Shown one piece after another: positions 1 to 10,788 of a stretch of DNA of 64,000 nucleotides. The translations under genes and the position numbers were made by a program. Source of the DNA: an uncultured Actinomycetes bacterium (GTDB lineage: Bacteria; Actinomycetota; Acidimicrobiia; Acidimicrobiales; RAAP-2); assembly GCA_903885505.1 (NCBI GenBank), contig CAISIU010000033.1:13325-77324 (forward strand). Reading direction: 5' to 3'. The notes under the pieces were generated by a model. The model was not told the origin of the DNA, ran no database searches, and was given only the letters and a program-made list of their open reading frames with translations. Position 1 is the first letter of the stretch. Each line of letters opens with the position of its first letter.

Positions 1-544
1 ACGAGTGGTGACTAAATGGCTTTTCAGCCATATCGAAGCCAAAAACCTTCAACTGACCATGAGCGGCCACAATGCTCTCGTGCAGCTTTGACGTCAGGGG
101 GATGTACTTCGGCTCCGAGATGTAGTGGGCCGGGGTCATCAAAGTTGCTTTGATAAGGGTCGTGTTGGACAACCCCTTAATGACTTGGTACAAAACGAAG
201 AGGAAGGGTCCCTGCACCAGCATGGGCAAACAACTCGACATCGGGTTGACGTTTTCTTCCTTGTACAGGCGCATCAACTCTTCATTGAGAGTTTGACGGT
301 TCTCTGGTCCCTTGTACTTGGCCTGCAATTTTTTGATTTCAGGTTGGATTTTTTGCATTGCCACCATGCCGCGAGTGCTCTTCACGGTGAGGGGGGTCAT
401 GACGGCCATAATCACGATGGTGAGCATCATGATGGCGAAGCCATAGTTGGGGATCAGCGAATAGAAGAAGGCCAGGAGCCAACCAAACAGGCTGAAAACA
501 GGGTGAAAAATTGCGGCAATGCTTGAACCGATACTGGCCAACAT
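1..544 (-). CDS. yidC: Membrane protein insertase YidC, N-terminal part (gene runs off the left window edge)
   Basis: Absent from the ORF track because it is open at the window edge. Reverse-strand ATG at 544-542 reads MLASIGSSIAAIFHPVFSLFGWLLAFFYSLIPNYGFAIMMLTIVIMAVMTPLTVKSTRGMVAMQKIQPEIKKLQAKYKGPE..., the conserved YidC/Oxa1 core. It lies downstream of rpmH-rnpA-yidD, the usual bacterial order. The plus-strand ORF 125-526 is its antisense shadow. Confidence 0.85.
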   Translation of the reverse strand, partial: MLASIGSSIAAIFHPVFSLFGWLLAFFYSLIPNYGFAIMMLTIVIMAVMTPLTVKSTRGMVAMQKIQPEIKKLQAKYKGPENRQTLNEELMRLYKEENVNPMSSCLPMLVQGPFLFVLYQVIKGLSNTTLIKATLMTPAHYISEPKYIPLTSKLHESIVAAHGQLKVFGFDMAEKPFSHHS

Positions 545-550
545 GACTAT

Positions 551-835
551 CTATCTTTCTGGGGCGGGTGGAACTAAGTCGATCCCGTGGGGACCGAAGG
601 GATTGCACTTCAGAACTCGTTTTGTCGACAGCCACATTCCACGGACGAGGCCGTGAGTAGCTAACGCTTCAAGAGCGTAGGTGGAGCAGGTGGGGTAAAA
701 GCGACACGGTGACGGGCGACCCGCCACTACTGCTTGGTAGAAACGAATGAGAGCAGACAGCGCCCGAACCCGGCGCCGGTCAGTGAAGTCCGGCTCGGTG
801 AAGGGCGGCATCAAGGTGGGTGCGCAGCTCGTCAT
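551..835 (-). CDS. yidD: Membrane protein insertion efficiency factor YidD
   Basis: The 94-aa ORF contains SPCRFYPTCSTYALEALATHGLVRGMWLSTKRVLKCNPF, the YidD Cys-rich signature. It overlaps the rnpA 3' end, so the true start may be internal. Confidence 0.85.
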   Translation of the reverse strand: MTSCAPTLMPPFTEPDFTDRRRVRALSALIRFYQAVVAGRPSPCRFYPTCSTYALEALATHGLVRGMWLSTKRVLKCNPFGPHGIDLVPPAPER

Positions 836-1106
836 AGGATAAGTTGCCTGTTCCGTTACCGCTTCTGATCAGGTAAAACCCTGTCGGAAGGGTGGAGGCT
901 TGCTGAGTCAAGAGATCACGCAGTCGGCGTCGAATAAGGTTTCGAACGACCGCATTACCCACCGTCTTTCCCGTCGCAAAGGCCACCGATACCTCGGTGC
1001 TGCCCGAGACATAGCTCACCCGGAGGGGGCCACTATGTCCACGGTGGGAAGGCCGCGCTAACAGCGCGAACTGCCGGCGGGTAGTTACCCGACCCAGCGG
1101 TGCCAC
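780..1106 (-). CDS. rnpA: Ribonuclease P protein component
   Basis: 108-aa basic protein with VGNAVVRNLIRRRLRDLL, matching the RnpA RNR-like motif. It lies immediately downstream of rpmH with 0 nt spacing. Confidence 0.8.
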   Translation of the reverse strand: MAPLGRVTTRRQFALLARPSHRGHSGPLRVSYVSGSTEVSVAFATGKTVGNAVVRNLIRRRLRDLLTQQASTLPTGFYLIRSGNGTGNLSYDELRTHLDAALHRAGLH

Positions 1107-1241
1107 CTAGACGGTCAGGGAGTGACGACCCTTAGCGCGGCGGGCGCGCAAGATCGCACGGCCAGCCTTCGTCGACATGCGGGCACGGAAACCGTGGGTG
1201 CGCTGACGCTTACGCTTGTTGGGCTGGTAAGTCCGCTTCAT
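1107..1241 (-). CDS. rpmH: 50S ribosomal protein L34
   Basis: Too short for the ORF track. Reverse strand reads [44 protein letters not shown] then TAG (44 aa), canonical L34. Confidence 0.92.
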   Translation of the reverse strand: MKRTYQPNKRKRQRTHGFRARMSTKAGRAILRARRAKGRHSLTV

Positions 1242-1418
1242 TGTGTCCTCGTTTCAATACGCCAGTTAACGGGGTCCTACGGACCACCCCGGCTCACTAG
1301 CAGACGAGTTTACCCGATGGACAAAACTCCATTGGCGGAGAGTCACAAAACGGTGTAGGGTGACCCTCCCTGCGGTTCATTCGAACCGCTCACAGAGGCT
1401 TTCAGGCCTGTGTGTTAA

Positions 1419-2822
1419 TTGTTGATTACGCTGTGGAGGGCGATCGTGCAGACTATTGACGATCTATGGCCCCAATGCCGTCTCTCCATTGAAACAAAAG
1501 TGAATCGAGGGGCTTGGCTGGGTGGACTCAACACTCTGAGCCTTGTTGATTACTCCGACGAGGCCGTTGTCCTCGGGGTGGCGACTGCTGCGCAGTACGC
1601 TCGTATCGCCGATCGCCATTTCGACCTCATCCAGGAGTCGGTCCACGAGTTTTTTGGTTCGGGCACCACTTTGCGACTCGAAATTGATGAGAGTGCGGCG
1701 CCAGCTCCAGTGGCGCCCGTCGCTACCGAACCGGCCGCGACCTCATCGACGCCATCTGCGAGCCCGATGTCAACGGCGGGACGTGATCGATCAACGCGCC
1801 TCGACCCAAAAATGACCTTTGAGAGCTTTATTCCGGGTCAGTCCACCCGTCTAGCCTTCGCCGCGGCTCAAACGGTGGCGGAAACACCAGGTCGGGCCTA
1901 CAACCCCCTTCTCATTCATGGACCGTCGGGCTTAGGTAAAACCCACCTATTGCACGCGATTGGCAACTATGTCAATGCCCACTACCCCAACCGCAGTGTG
2001 GTCTACGTGTCCACGGAGACCTTTCTCAATGACTTCATTGAGGCCATCCAGACCAAGTCCACGTTGGCTCTTCACAAGCGCTATCGAGAGTGCGACGTCC
2101 TTCTTATTGACGACATCCAGTTCATGGAGTCCCGAAAGGGAACCTTCCATGATGAGATTTTTCACACCTACAACGCCCTACACGGCGAAGGTAAGCAAGT
2201 TGTTCTAACTAGTGACCGCTCGCCGAGAGATCTCGCGGGCCTCGAGGACCGTTTCCGGACCCGCTTGCTCCAGGGCCTCATCACTGAGGTTGACCAGCCC
2301 GACCTTCAGACCCGAATCGCCATCATTCGTTCTAAGGCCGCGGCCGACAACATTGTTCTTCCTGATGACGTCGTTGAATTCATCGCGAATCGAGTTCGTG
2401 ACAACATCCGTGAACTTGAGGGTTCCATCACCATGCTGCGGGCGTACGCTGGTCTTCGGCAGGAGAAAATCAGCCTCGAACTAGCCCAAAGCACTCTGAG
2501 CAACATCGGCCAGGAGCAAGTCATCTTGTTACCGGACACGATTGTGGCGGCTGTGGCTGAGTTCTATGGCTTCTCATCTACCGATATCAAAGGACCCAAT
2601 CGCTCGCGCCCTTTGGTCACCGCTCGTCACGTGGCCATGTTCCTCATGCGCGACCTCTTGCCGGACTACTCGTACCCGATGATTGCCCGTGTTTTTGGTG
2701 ACCGCAACCACACCACTGTGATTGCGGGAGTAGAGAAGATCAAGGCGCAGTTGCCCAATGATCAGCAGCTGTTCACCCAGGTGACCCAGCTCAAGCGTCG
2801 CCTGCAATCGACCACGGAATAG
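1419..2822 (+). CDS. dnaA: Chromosomal replication initiator DnaA
   Basis: Walker A GPSGLGKTHLL, Walker B VLLIDDIQF, LTSDR sensor region and C-terminal DNA-binding region VTARHVAMFLMRDLL...DRNHTTV. The start is non-ATG and ambiguous (TTG 1419, TTG 1422 or GTG 1446). Confidence 0.95.
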   Translation: MLITLWRAIVQTIDDLWPQCRLSIETKVNRGAWLGGLNTLSLVDYSDEAVVLGVATAAQYARIADRHFDLIQESVHEFFGSGTTLRLEIDESAAPAPVAPVATEPAATSSTPSASPMSTAGRDRSTRLDPKMTFESFIPGQSTRLAFAAAQTVAETPGRAYNPLLIHGPSGLGKTHLLHAIGNYVNAHYPNRSVVYVSTETFLNDFIEAIQTKSTLALHKRYRECDVLLIDDIQFMESRKGTFHDEIFHTYNALHGEGKQVVLTSDRSPRDLAGLEDRFRTRLLQGLITEVDQPDLQTRIAIIRSKAAADNIVLPDDVVEFIANRVRDNIRELEGSITMLRAYAGLRQEKISLELAQSTLSNIGQEQVILLPDTIVAAVAEFYGFSSTDIKGPNRSRPLVTARHVAMFLMRDLLPDYSYPMIARVFGDRNHTTVIAGVEKIKAQLPNDQQLFTQVTQLKRRLQSTTE

Positions 2823-3070
2823 CTGTGGGAACCCTTCACGGTGGCTGTGGGAATCTCGTTGACGACAGTCCCGTCATCCACATCAAGTCTCACCGTAAGT
2901 TTCTGGTTGAAACTTGGTTGCCCACAGACCTGTGGATGATGAACCAGAAACTTGAACCCATCTCATCAGGACGTTTGAGGATTAACGCACAATCCACAGA
3001 CCTACTACTACTAAGAGATATCAACATAGAAAAGCCCATCTAGTCTCTGGTGCGGAGATAAGGGAGTCCC
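2823..3070. other. Putative oriC: DnaA-box cluster plus AT-rich unwinding element in the dnaA-dnaN spacer
   Basis: Six 9-mers of the form nnnnCCACA in 175 bp. They are TGTGGGAAC 2824-2832, TGTGGGAAT 2846-2854, TCATCCACA 2874-2882, TTGCCCACA 2918-2926, TGTGGATGA 2931-2939 and CAATCCACA 2990-2998. The 2918 and 2931 boxes face each other across 4 nt. They are followed by the most A/T-rich local stretch, CTACTACTACTAAGAGATATCAACATAGAAAAG, at about 3002-3035. Confidence 0.7.
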
Positions 3071-4180
3071 ATGAAGTTCAAATCAGAAAAAGACCTACTC
3101 GTTGAGGCCTTGGCCGCTGCGAGCCGTGTCACAAGCCGAACCCCTGGCCCGACCTTTGGTCTCCTTTTGACCTTGACCGGTAATCAACTGACCATTACCG
3201 GTACCGACCTCGAGACGACAGTGCGCGTCACCTTGGACGTCATCGGTATTGACGATGGTGCCGTAGTGATCCCCGCCCGCCTTCTCGTTGACTCCACCCG
3301 CCTTTTGGATGCCGGTGCCGTCACGGTGGGCCTCAAGAGCCCCGACAGCGACGAAGTAACCGTGTCCCTCGGCCGTGCGGCGTACTCCCTGCGTACCTAC
3401 CCCCTCGTTGACTACCCCAAACTCCCCGCCGTCCCGGCTCCGACGAGCACCTTGCCGGCATTGGACTTTGTCCAAGGTCTGTCACAGGTCGTCAGTGCGG
3501 CCTCTGATGACTTGTCGGGTCGACCCTTGTTGACCGGTGTGCTGTTTACCCAGCACGAAGGAACCATGCGTCTGGTCGCCACTGACTCGTACCGTCTATC
3601 CATTCGCGACGTTCCGGGTGTGCCGCCTTTGTCGAGTACTGGTGACGTACTGGTGCCGGCTAAGACTTTGACGGAAGTCCTGCGCGCTGCCTCCTCCTTG
3701 TCAGTGGACTCGGAAATTGCGATCTCCCTGTCGGATTCCGAAGTGACCTTCTTGGTGGGATCAGTGGCGATTGCCAGCCGACTCATCGACGGCAACTTCC
3801 CCGACTACCGCCAACTCATCCCGGCGTCCTACCCGAACTCACTGCGAGTGGCCAAAGACACCTTGTCTAATTCGCTGCGTCGTGCTCGCGTGGTCGCGAA
3901 TGAGCAGAACTCGTCGGTCAAGCTCACTTTGCGTGACGGCGGCGCCGATGTGCAATCCACCGCACATGACCGTGGCGACGTGGCGGACAACGTGGACGCG
4001 GACTTCCAGGGCGACGAACTCACCATCGCGTTTAACCCCAAGTTCCTGATGGAAGGAATTGAGGCTGTAGTGGGTGACGAGATCATCTTGGAAACAACGG
4101 ATGCGTCGCGGCCGGCCATGATTCACGGCGTAGATGACCTGTCGTTCCGCTACCTCATCATGCCCGTTCGGGTTCAATAA
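3071..4180 (+). CDS. dnaN: DNA polymerase III beta sliding clamp
   Basis: 369 aa with a three-domain clamp pattern (LLLTLTGNQLTITGTDLET..., ATDSYRLS, FPDYRQLIP, ...MPVRV C-terminus). AAGGGAG RBS before the ATG. Position is directly after dnaA. Confidence 0.95.
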   Translation: MKFKSEKDLLVEALAAASRVTSRTPGPTFGLLLTLTGNQLTITGTDLETTVRVTLDVIGIDDGAVVIPARLLVDSTRLLDAGAVTVGLKSPDSDEVTVSLGRAAYSLRTYPLVDYPKLPAVPAPTSTLPALDFVQGLSQVVSAASDDLSGRPLLTGVLFTQHEGTMRLVATDSYRLSIRDVPGVPPLSSTGDVLVPAKTLTEVLRAASSLSVDSEIAISLSDSEVTFLVGSVAIASRLIDGNFPDYRQLIPASYPNSLRVAKDTLSNSLRRARVVANEQNSSVKLTLRDGGADVQSTAHDRGDVADNVDADFQGDELTIAFNPKFLMEGIEAVVGDEIILETTDASRPAMIHGVDDLSFRYLIMPVRVQ

Positions 4181-4185
4181 GCACG

Positions 4186-5277
4186 GTGGGACTGGTTTCC
4201 CTCACCCTTCGCCACTTTCGACTCTTTGATGACGTGACAGTGGCGCCCGATCAGGGTGCGGTAACCGTTTTTCTGTCTCCTAACGGCACCGGAAAGACCA
4301 GTGTTTTAGAGGCGATTCACTTCCTGGGTACGGGTCGATCCTTTCGTACCAGCACCGCGGGTGATGTCATCGCGAATGGTCAGTCCACCGCGGAGATTCA
4401 CGGGGTGTTCGACCACGACGGACGACACATCACCGTCGACTTCACCATCACACGTGGTGAACGAGCGGTAACCAAACGAATGTTGATTAACGGTCAGCGT
4501 CCCACAAATCAAGCCGCGGCGGCCGAGGTGGTGCCGTTATCCATCTTCACCCCCGACGGCGTCGACATGATTCGCCGAGGGCCAGAAACTCGTCGTGACT
4601 TCATGAGTGACCACGTGGTCGCGATTCATCCGACGGTGGGTGATGTTGCTGATCGATACGAGCGGGTCGTTCGCCAACGAAACGCCATTTTGCGTTCTGG
4701 GCGAGAAAGTGGCCCTACCCCCTTTCTCCGTCGCGAACTGGAGCCATGGACGAGTCAATTCGTCGAGCTCGCCCAGAGTTACACCCATCACCGTCACCAG
4801 TTCATTACCGACCTCGTTGACCTCGCGCAAGAGGCGTATCGCGGTCTCACCGATTCACGTGATGTGCTCACGCTCGGATACGAGCAATCGTGGACGGGCG
4901 AACTAGCCCCGGCTCTTCGAGATGTCGATCGCGAAGAGTGGGCCCGCGGCACCTGCGTTCTCGGTCCCCACCGAGACGACTTTTACGTTGAAATCAATGG
5001 GCGCGACGCCCGCCGACAGGCCTCACAAGGCGAACAGCGCTCGGCGGCTTTAGCCCTTCGTTTAGCGGCGCATCACCTCCATGAACAAGTTCGCGGCCAG
5101 CGACCCCTTCTACTTCTGGACGATGTTTTTAGTGAGCTCGATCCTCTGCGCTGCGACCGCCTGCTGACATTGCTGCCCGTGGGTCAAACCCTGCTCACCA
5201 CCGCATCACCACTGCCCTCGGGAATGCAACCCGCTTCCATCTTGGATATTTCGGGAGGTGGCTATGTGGCGCCGTAG
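4186..5277 (+). CDS. recF: DNA replication/repair protein RecF
   Basis: Walker A SPNGTGKTSVLEAI, SMC-like signature SQGEQRSAALALRLA and Walker B LLLLDDVFSELD. GTG start 5 nt after the dnaN stop. Confidence 0.9.
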   Translation: MGLVSLTLRHFRLFDDVTVAPDQGAVTVFLSPNGTGKTSVLEAIHFLGTGRSFRTSTAGDVIANGQSTAEIHGVFDHDGRHITVDFTITRGERAVTKRMLINGQRPTNQAAAAEVVPLSIFTPDGVDMIRRGPETRRDFMSDHVVAIHPTVGDVADRYERVVRQRNAILRSGRESGPTPFLRRELEPWTSQFVELAQSYTHHRHQFITDLVDLAQEAYRGLTDSRDVLTLGYEQSWTGELAPALRDVDREEWARGTCVLGPHRDDFYVEINGRDARRQASQGEQRSAALALRLAAHHLHEQVRGQRPLLLLDDVFSELDPLRCDRLLTLLPVGQTLLTTASPLPSGMQPASILDISGGGYVAP

Positions 5278-5566
5278 TGAGGGTCCGCGACCGTTGCGAG
5301 ACGTGCTGAACGATTTACGCCACCGACACCAACGTGTTGACTTTGACGCGACCACCCAGATCGCGCAGGTGTGGGAACAGGTAGTCGGTCCCGCCATCGC
5401 GGCTCGTTGCCCCACTGAGAGCCTCGTTGATGGTGTGCTGACGGTCCGCACGCCAGGGGGTGCATGGTCCGCTCGACTTCGCGAAGACGAGGTAAACATC
5501 GTCACTCAACTCAGCGAACTGACGGGCTCAACAATTCGTTCACTCCACGTCGTAATTGCCTCGTAG
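5258..5566 (+). CDS. DUF721 (DciA-like) protein
   Basis: 102 aa with pattern IAQVWEQVVGPAIAARCPTESLVDGVLTVRTPGGAWSARL typical of DUF721. It occupies the conserved actinobacterial slot between recF and gyrB and overlaps the recF end by 20 nt. Confidence 0.75.
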   Translation: MAMWRRSEGPRPLRDVLNDLRHRHQRVDFDATTQIAQVWEQVVGPAIAARCPTESLVDGVLTVRTPGGAWSARLREDEVNIVTQLSELTGSTIRSLHVVIAS

Positions 5567-5642
5567 AGGCGCATTTTTGACACACCCGACCGGTAGGATT
5601 CAACCGGTTCTCTCGCGACCTCTAAGGCGCGTTGAGTGATGA

Positions 5643-7586
<1,944 letters not shown>

Positions 7587-7600
7587 GAGCGCGGAGGAAT

Positions 7601-10078
7601 ATGGCACGTAAGAAGAATGACGCCGGGGCCTCAACCCCCGATCCCAGTGAGACCTTTGGGTACATCGAACCCGTCGAGATCAATTTCGAAATGGAGCGCT
7701 CGTTCCTCGAGTACTCCATGTCGGTCATCGTTAGTCGGGCTCTGCCCGACGTTCGTGACGGATTGAAGCCGGTTCACCGCCGCATCTTGTACTCCATGTT
7801 CGACCAGGGCCTCTTGCCTGACCGACCGCACACCAAGTGCGCGAAGGTGGTTGGCGAAGTGATGGGTACCTATCACCCCCACGGTGACTCGGCCATTTAC
7901 GACGCTCTCGTTCGTATGGTGCAGGACTTCTCCATGCGCCACCCGCTCGTCGATGGTCACGGCAACTTCGGCGGTACCGGACCAGACGAAGGTGCCGCAG
8001 CGATGCGTTACACCGAATGTCGTCTCGCCCCGCTGGCCCTCGAGCTGCTCGCGTCCATTGACGAAGAGACGGTCGACTTCGAACCGAACTACGACAACTC
8101 CACTCAGCAACCCACCGTGTTGCCGGCTCGTTTCCCCAACTTGTTGGTGAACGGATCGCAGGGTATTGCCGTGGGCATGGCGACCAAGATTCCGCCGCAC
8201 AACCTCGGCGAAGTCATTGACGCGGTCGTGCACATGATCCAGAACCCGGCCGCCACCAGCGATGACCTCATGGCTTTCGTGAAGGGTCCCGACTTCCCGA
8301 CCGGTGCACAGATTCTGGGCCGTCAAGGAATTCTCGACGCCTATCGCACCGGCCGCGGTTCGATCAAGATGCGCGCCGTCGCGGAAATTGACGAAGTCAA
8401 GAACGAGAACCGCATCGTCGTGACCGAGTTCCCCTACGAAGTCTCCGTCGCGACCATCGAAGAGAAGATTCACGACCTCGTGAAGGCCGGCGAACTCGAC
8501 GGTATTCGCGACGTGCAGGACGACTCGTCGAACCGTAACTCGCGTCTCGTGGTGCACCTCAAGCGCGACGCCAACGCCAATGTCATCCTCAACAAGTTGT
8601 TCAAGATGACCTCGTTGCAGACGACCTTCTCGGTCAACATGCTGGCGCTGGTGGACGGCGTGCCGCGCACTTTGAACTTGGCGCAAGCCATTGGTCACTA
8701 CATCGCCCACCAGGTCGACGTCGTTACTCGTCGTACCCAGTTCCGTCTTCGTAAGGCACAGGCGCGTGCTCACATAGTCGAAGGTCTTCTCAAGGCCATC
8801 GACATGCTCGACGCCGTCATTGCCGCTATTCGTGGCAGCGATGACCGCTCCGCGGCTCGCCAGGCGTTGATGGCCGCCCCCTTCGAATTTTCCGAGGAGC
8901 AGGCCAACCACATCTTGGACATGACCCTTGGCCGTTTGACCCGTATCGGTCGCTCGGAACTCGAAGAAGAAATGGCCAAGCTGCGCGCGACGATTGCCGA
9001 GCTCGAGTCCATCTTGAACTCACCGGAGAAGTTGCGCCAGGTCATTACCGACGAGATCACCGCGGTGCGTAACAAGTACGCCACCGACCGCGTGACGCAG
9101 ATTGTGAACGACCCGGGCGAACTCGGTGTTGAAGACTTGATTGACGACACGGAAGTGGTCATCACCTTGACCAAGTCCGGTTACATCAAGTCTGTCGCGT
9201 CCGATGCGTTCAAGACCCAGGGCCGTGGTGGCCGAGGTGTCACGGCCGCGAAGTTGAAAGACGAAGACTTCGTCGACCAGATTGTTCACACCACCAGCCA
9301 CTCGTACCTCTTGTTGTTCTCGAATCGCGGTCGGGTGTTCCGCCTGCGCGGGCACGAAGTGCCGGTGAAGGAGCGTCAAGCCAAGGGTACGGCCATCGTG
9401 AACTTGCTCAACCTGCAGCCGAACGAAACGATTCAGGCCGTCATTTCCACTCGCGACTTCCCGACGGACAAGTTCTTGGTGTTCGGCACCAAGAACGGCA
9501 CCGTCAAGAAGACGGCGTTTAGCGAATACGACAAGTCACGCCGCGAGGGATGGATTGCCATCAACTTGCGCGACGGAGACGAAGTGGTGCGCGTGGTTCC
9601 GACCTCGGGTGAGGACAATCTCATGATTGTCACCCTCAAGGGCACCGCCATTCGCTTCGCGGAGAACGAAGTTCGCGAAATGGGTCGCGACTCGACCGGT
9701 GTGCGCGGCATCAAGTTGCGCGACGACGACCACCTCATCAGTCTCGACGTGGTGCGTGACGACGCGGACCTCTTCCTCGTGACCGACAACGGTTACGGCA
9801 AGCGCGTCAAGGTAGAGCGTTTTAATGCTCAGGGCCGTGGCGGTATGGGAGTTCGTGCGATCAAGCTCACGGCGGCCCGCGGCAAGGTGGCCGCGGCGTT
9901 GATGGTGAACCTCAACGACGAGATCCTGCTGGCCTCCACGGGTGGTGTGATGATTCGCACTGCCGTTCGTGAAGTGTCATCCCAGGGTCGCGACGCCACC
10001 GGCGTGCGTGTCATGAACCTTGATGAGGGTCACGAAGTCGCCACGGCGGCCGCAGTGCCCTCCGAGGACGCCGAATAA
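7601..10078 (+). CDS. gyrA: DNA gyrase subunit A
   Basis: RALPDVRDGLKPVHRRILY, catalytic-Tyr region AAMRYTECRL, GyrA-box-like QGRGGRGV and C-terminal beta-pinwheel repeats. Confidence 0.95.
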   Translation: MARKKNDAGASTPDPSETFGYIEPVEINFEMERSFLEYSMSVIVSRALPDVRDGLKPVHRRILYSMFDQGLLPDRPHTKCAKVVGEVMGTYHPHGDSAIYDALVRMVQDFSMRHPLVDGHGNFGGTGPDEGAAAMRYTECRLAPLALELLASIDEETVDFEPNYDNSTQQPTVLPARFPNLLVNGSQGIAVGMATKIPPHNLGEVIDAVVHMIQNPAATSDDLMAFVKGPDFPTGAQILGRQGILDAYRTGRGSIKMRAVAEIDEVKNENRIVVTEFPYEVSVATIEEKIHDLVKAGELDGIRDVQDDSSNRNSRLVVHLKRDANANVILNKLFKMTSLQTTFSVNMLALVDGVPRTLNLAQAIGHYIAHQVDVVTRRTQFRLRKAQARAHIVEGLLKAIDMLDAVIAAIRGSDDRSAARQALMAAPFEFSEEQANHILDMTLGRLTRIGRSELEEEMAKLRATIAELESILNSPEKLRQVITDEITAVRNKYATDRVTQIVNDPGELGVEDLIDDTEVVITLTKSGYIKSVASDAFKTQGRGGRGVTAAKLKDEDFVDQIVHTTSHSYLLLFSNRGRVFRLRGHEVPVKERQAKGTAIVNLLNLQPNETIQAVISTRDFPTDKFLVFGTKNGTVKKTAFSEYDKSRREGWIAINLRDGDEVVRVVPTSGEDNLMIVTLKGTAIRFAENEVREMGRDSTGVRGIKLRDDDHLISLDVVRDDADLFLVTDNGYGKRVKVERFNAQGRGGMGVRAIKLTAARGKVAAALMVNLNDEILLASTGGVMIRTAVREVSSQGRDATGVRVMNLDEGHEVATAAAVPSEDAE

Positions 10079-10082
10079 TCGA

Positions 10083-10742
10083 TCAGTCGCGTGGGTGCGA
10101 CTCACGTCGCGCCCACGTACGATTGAGTGCCTCGAGGAATTCTTCCGTCGAGCGGGCACCCACCACCAAGAAGCGCTGATCAAGAACGAAGGCGGGCACG
10201 CCCGTAATTCCAATCTCCTCAGCCTGGGCCTCATCTGCTCGCACCTCGGCGATACCGGCATCAGATTGAAAGAAGCCCTCGGGAACGTCCAAACCGCGCT
10301 GCGCGGCGAGGGCCAGTAGGGCCTCCTCATCGCCCGGCCGGACACCCTGCGCAAAATACAAGCGATGAAGTGTGTCGGCGAATTCCACTCCTCGCCCCGC
10401 GGCGGTGGCCAGTGTCATCAGGCGGTGGGCGTTGAGGGTGTTGCCATAGACGCAGGCGTCAAAATCAACCGGTAGATCGAGCGCGGCCGCTTGCTGAGCG
10501 AGTCGCGCGTGGTTCTCAGCCGCCTGTTCGACCGACATGTTGTACTTCTTCGCCAACATCTCATTCAGGGTGCCGGGGTAGACATCGCGAGCCGAACGAT
10601 CAAGTTCGAAGGCGTGGAACGTCACTTCTACCTCGTCACGATGATCGAACTGTTCGAGCGCTCGACGAAAGCTTTCCTCGCCGAGATAGCAAAAGGGACA
10701 CACGACATCACTCCAGATGTCCACGGAAAACGCAGTAGTCAT
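10083..10742 (-). CDS. DsbA-family (FrnE-like) thiol-disulfide oxidoreductase
   Basis: N-terminal IWSDVVCPFCYLG (CPFC redox motif) and overall DsbA/FrnE length. Confidence 0.75.
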   Translation of the reverse strand: MTTAFSVDIWSDVVCPFCYLGEESFRRALEQFDHRDEVEVTFHAFELDRSARDVYPGTLNEMLAKKYNMSVEQAAENHARLAQQAAALDLPVDFDACVYGNTLNAHRLMTLATAAGRGVEFADTLHRLYFAQGVRPGDEEALLALAAQRGLDVPEGFFQSDAGIAEVRADEAQAEEIGITGVPAFVLDQRFLVVGARSTEEFLEALNRTWARRESHPRD

Positions 10743-10788
10743 ATCGTCATCGTGTCACAGGTATCTCAAAGTCGGCCAGAATAGAGGG

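Noticed and set aside
125-635. Track ORFs 125-526 (plus strand) and 339-635 (minus strand) as genes at the left edge.
   Set aside because: Both are alternative frames over the yidC coding sequence, whose correct minus-strand frame, open to the window edge, gives a canonical YidC sequence.
1242-1418. The rpmH-dnaA spacer as the main oriC.
   Set aside because: It contains only weak DnaA-box-like words (for example TTTTGTCCATC on the minus strand near 1316, and AGTCACAAA) plus two short hairpins (GGTCC-TAC-GGACC, GCGGTTC-ATTC-GAACCGC). The dnaA-dnaN spacer has a far denser box cluster plus an A/T-rich element. It may still contribute dnaA autoregulation.
7631-8911. Long antisense ORFs inside well-supported genes. 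Examples are 426 aa opposite gyrA, 248 aa at 13889-14635 opposite the amidase, 293 aa at 28804-29685 opposite pbpA/pknB, 293 aa at 33932-34813 opposite pirin, 374 aa at 41684-42808 opposite the MFS gene and 339 aa at 56361-57380 opposite the ABC ATPase.
   Set aside because: This is a typical high-GC artefact: stop codons are rare in the antisense frames of GC3-rich genes. The translations are Arg/Gly/His/Val-rich and low-complexity, lack RBS signals, and each lies entirely opposite a gene with clear family motifs.
10717-10788. The upstream 24 codons of the CoA-transferase ORF, which overlap the divergent dsbA-like gene start.
   Set aside because: The in-frame GTG at 10789 has a good RBS (AGAGGGG) and removes the head-to-head overlap. 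The family-conserved sequence starts after it.
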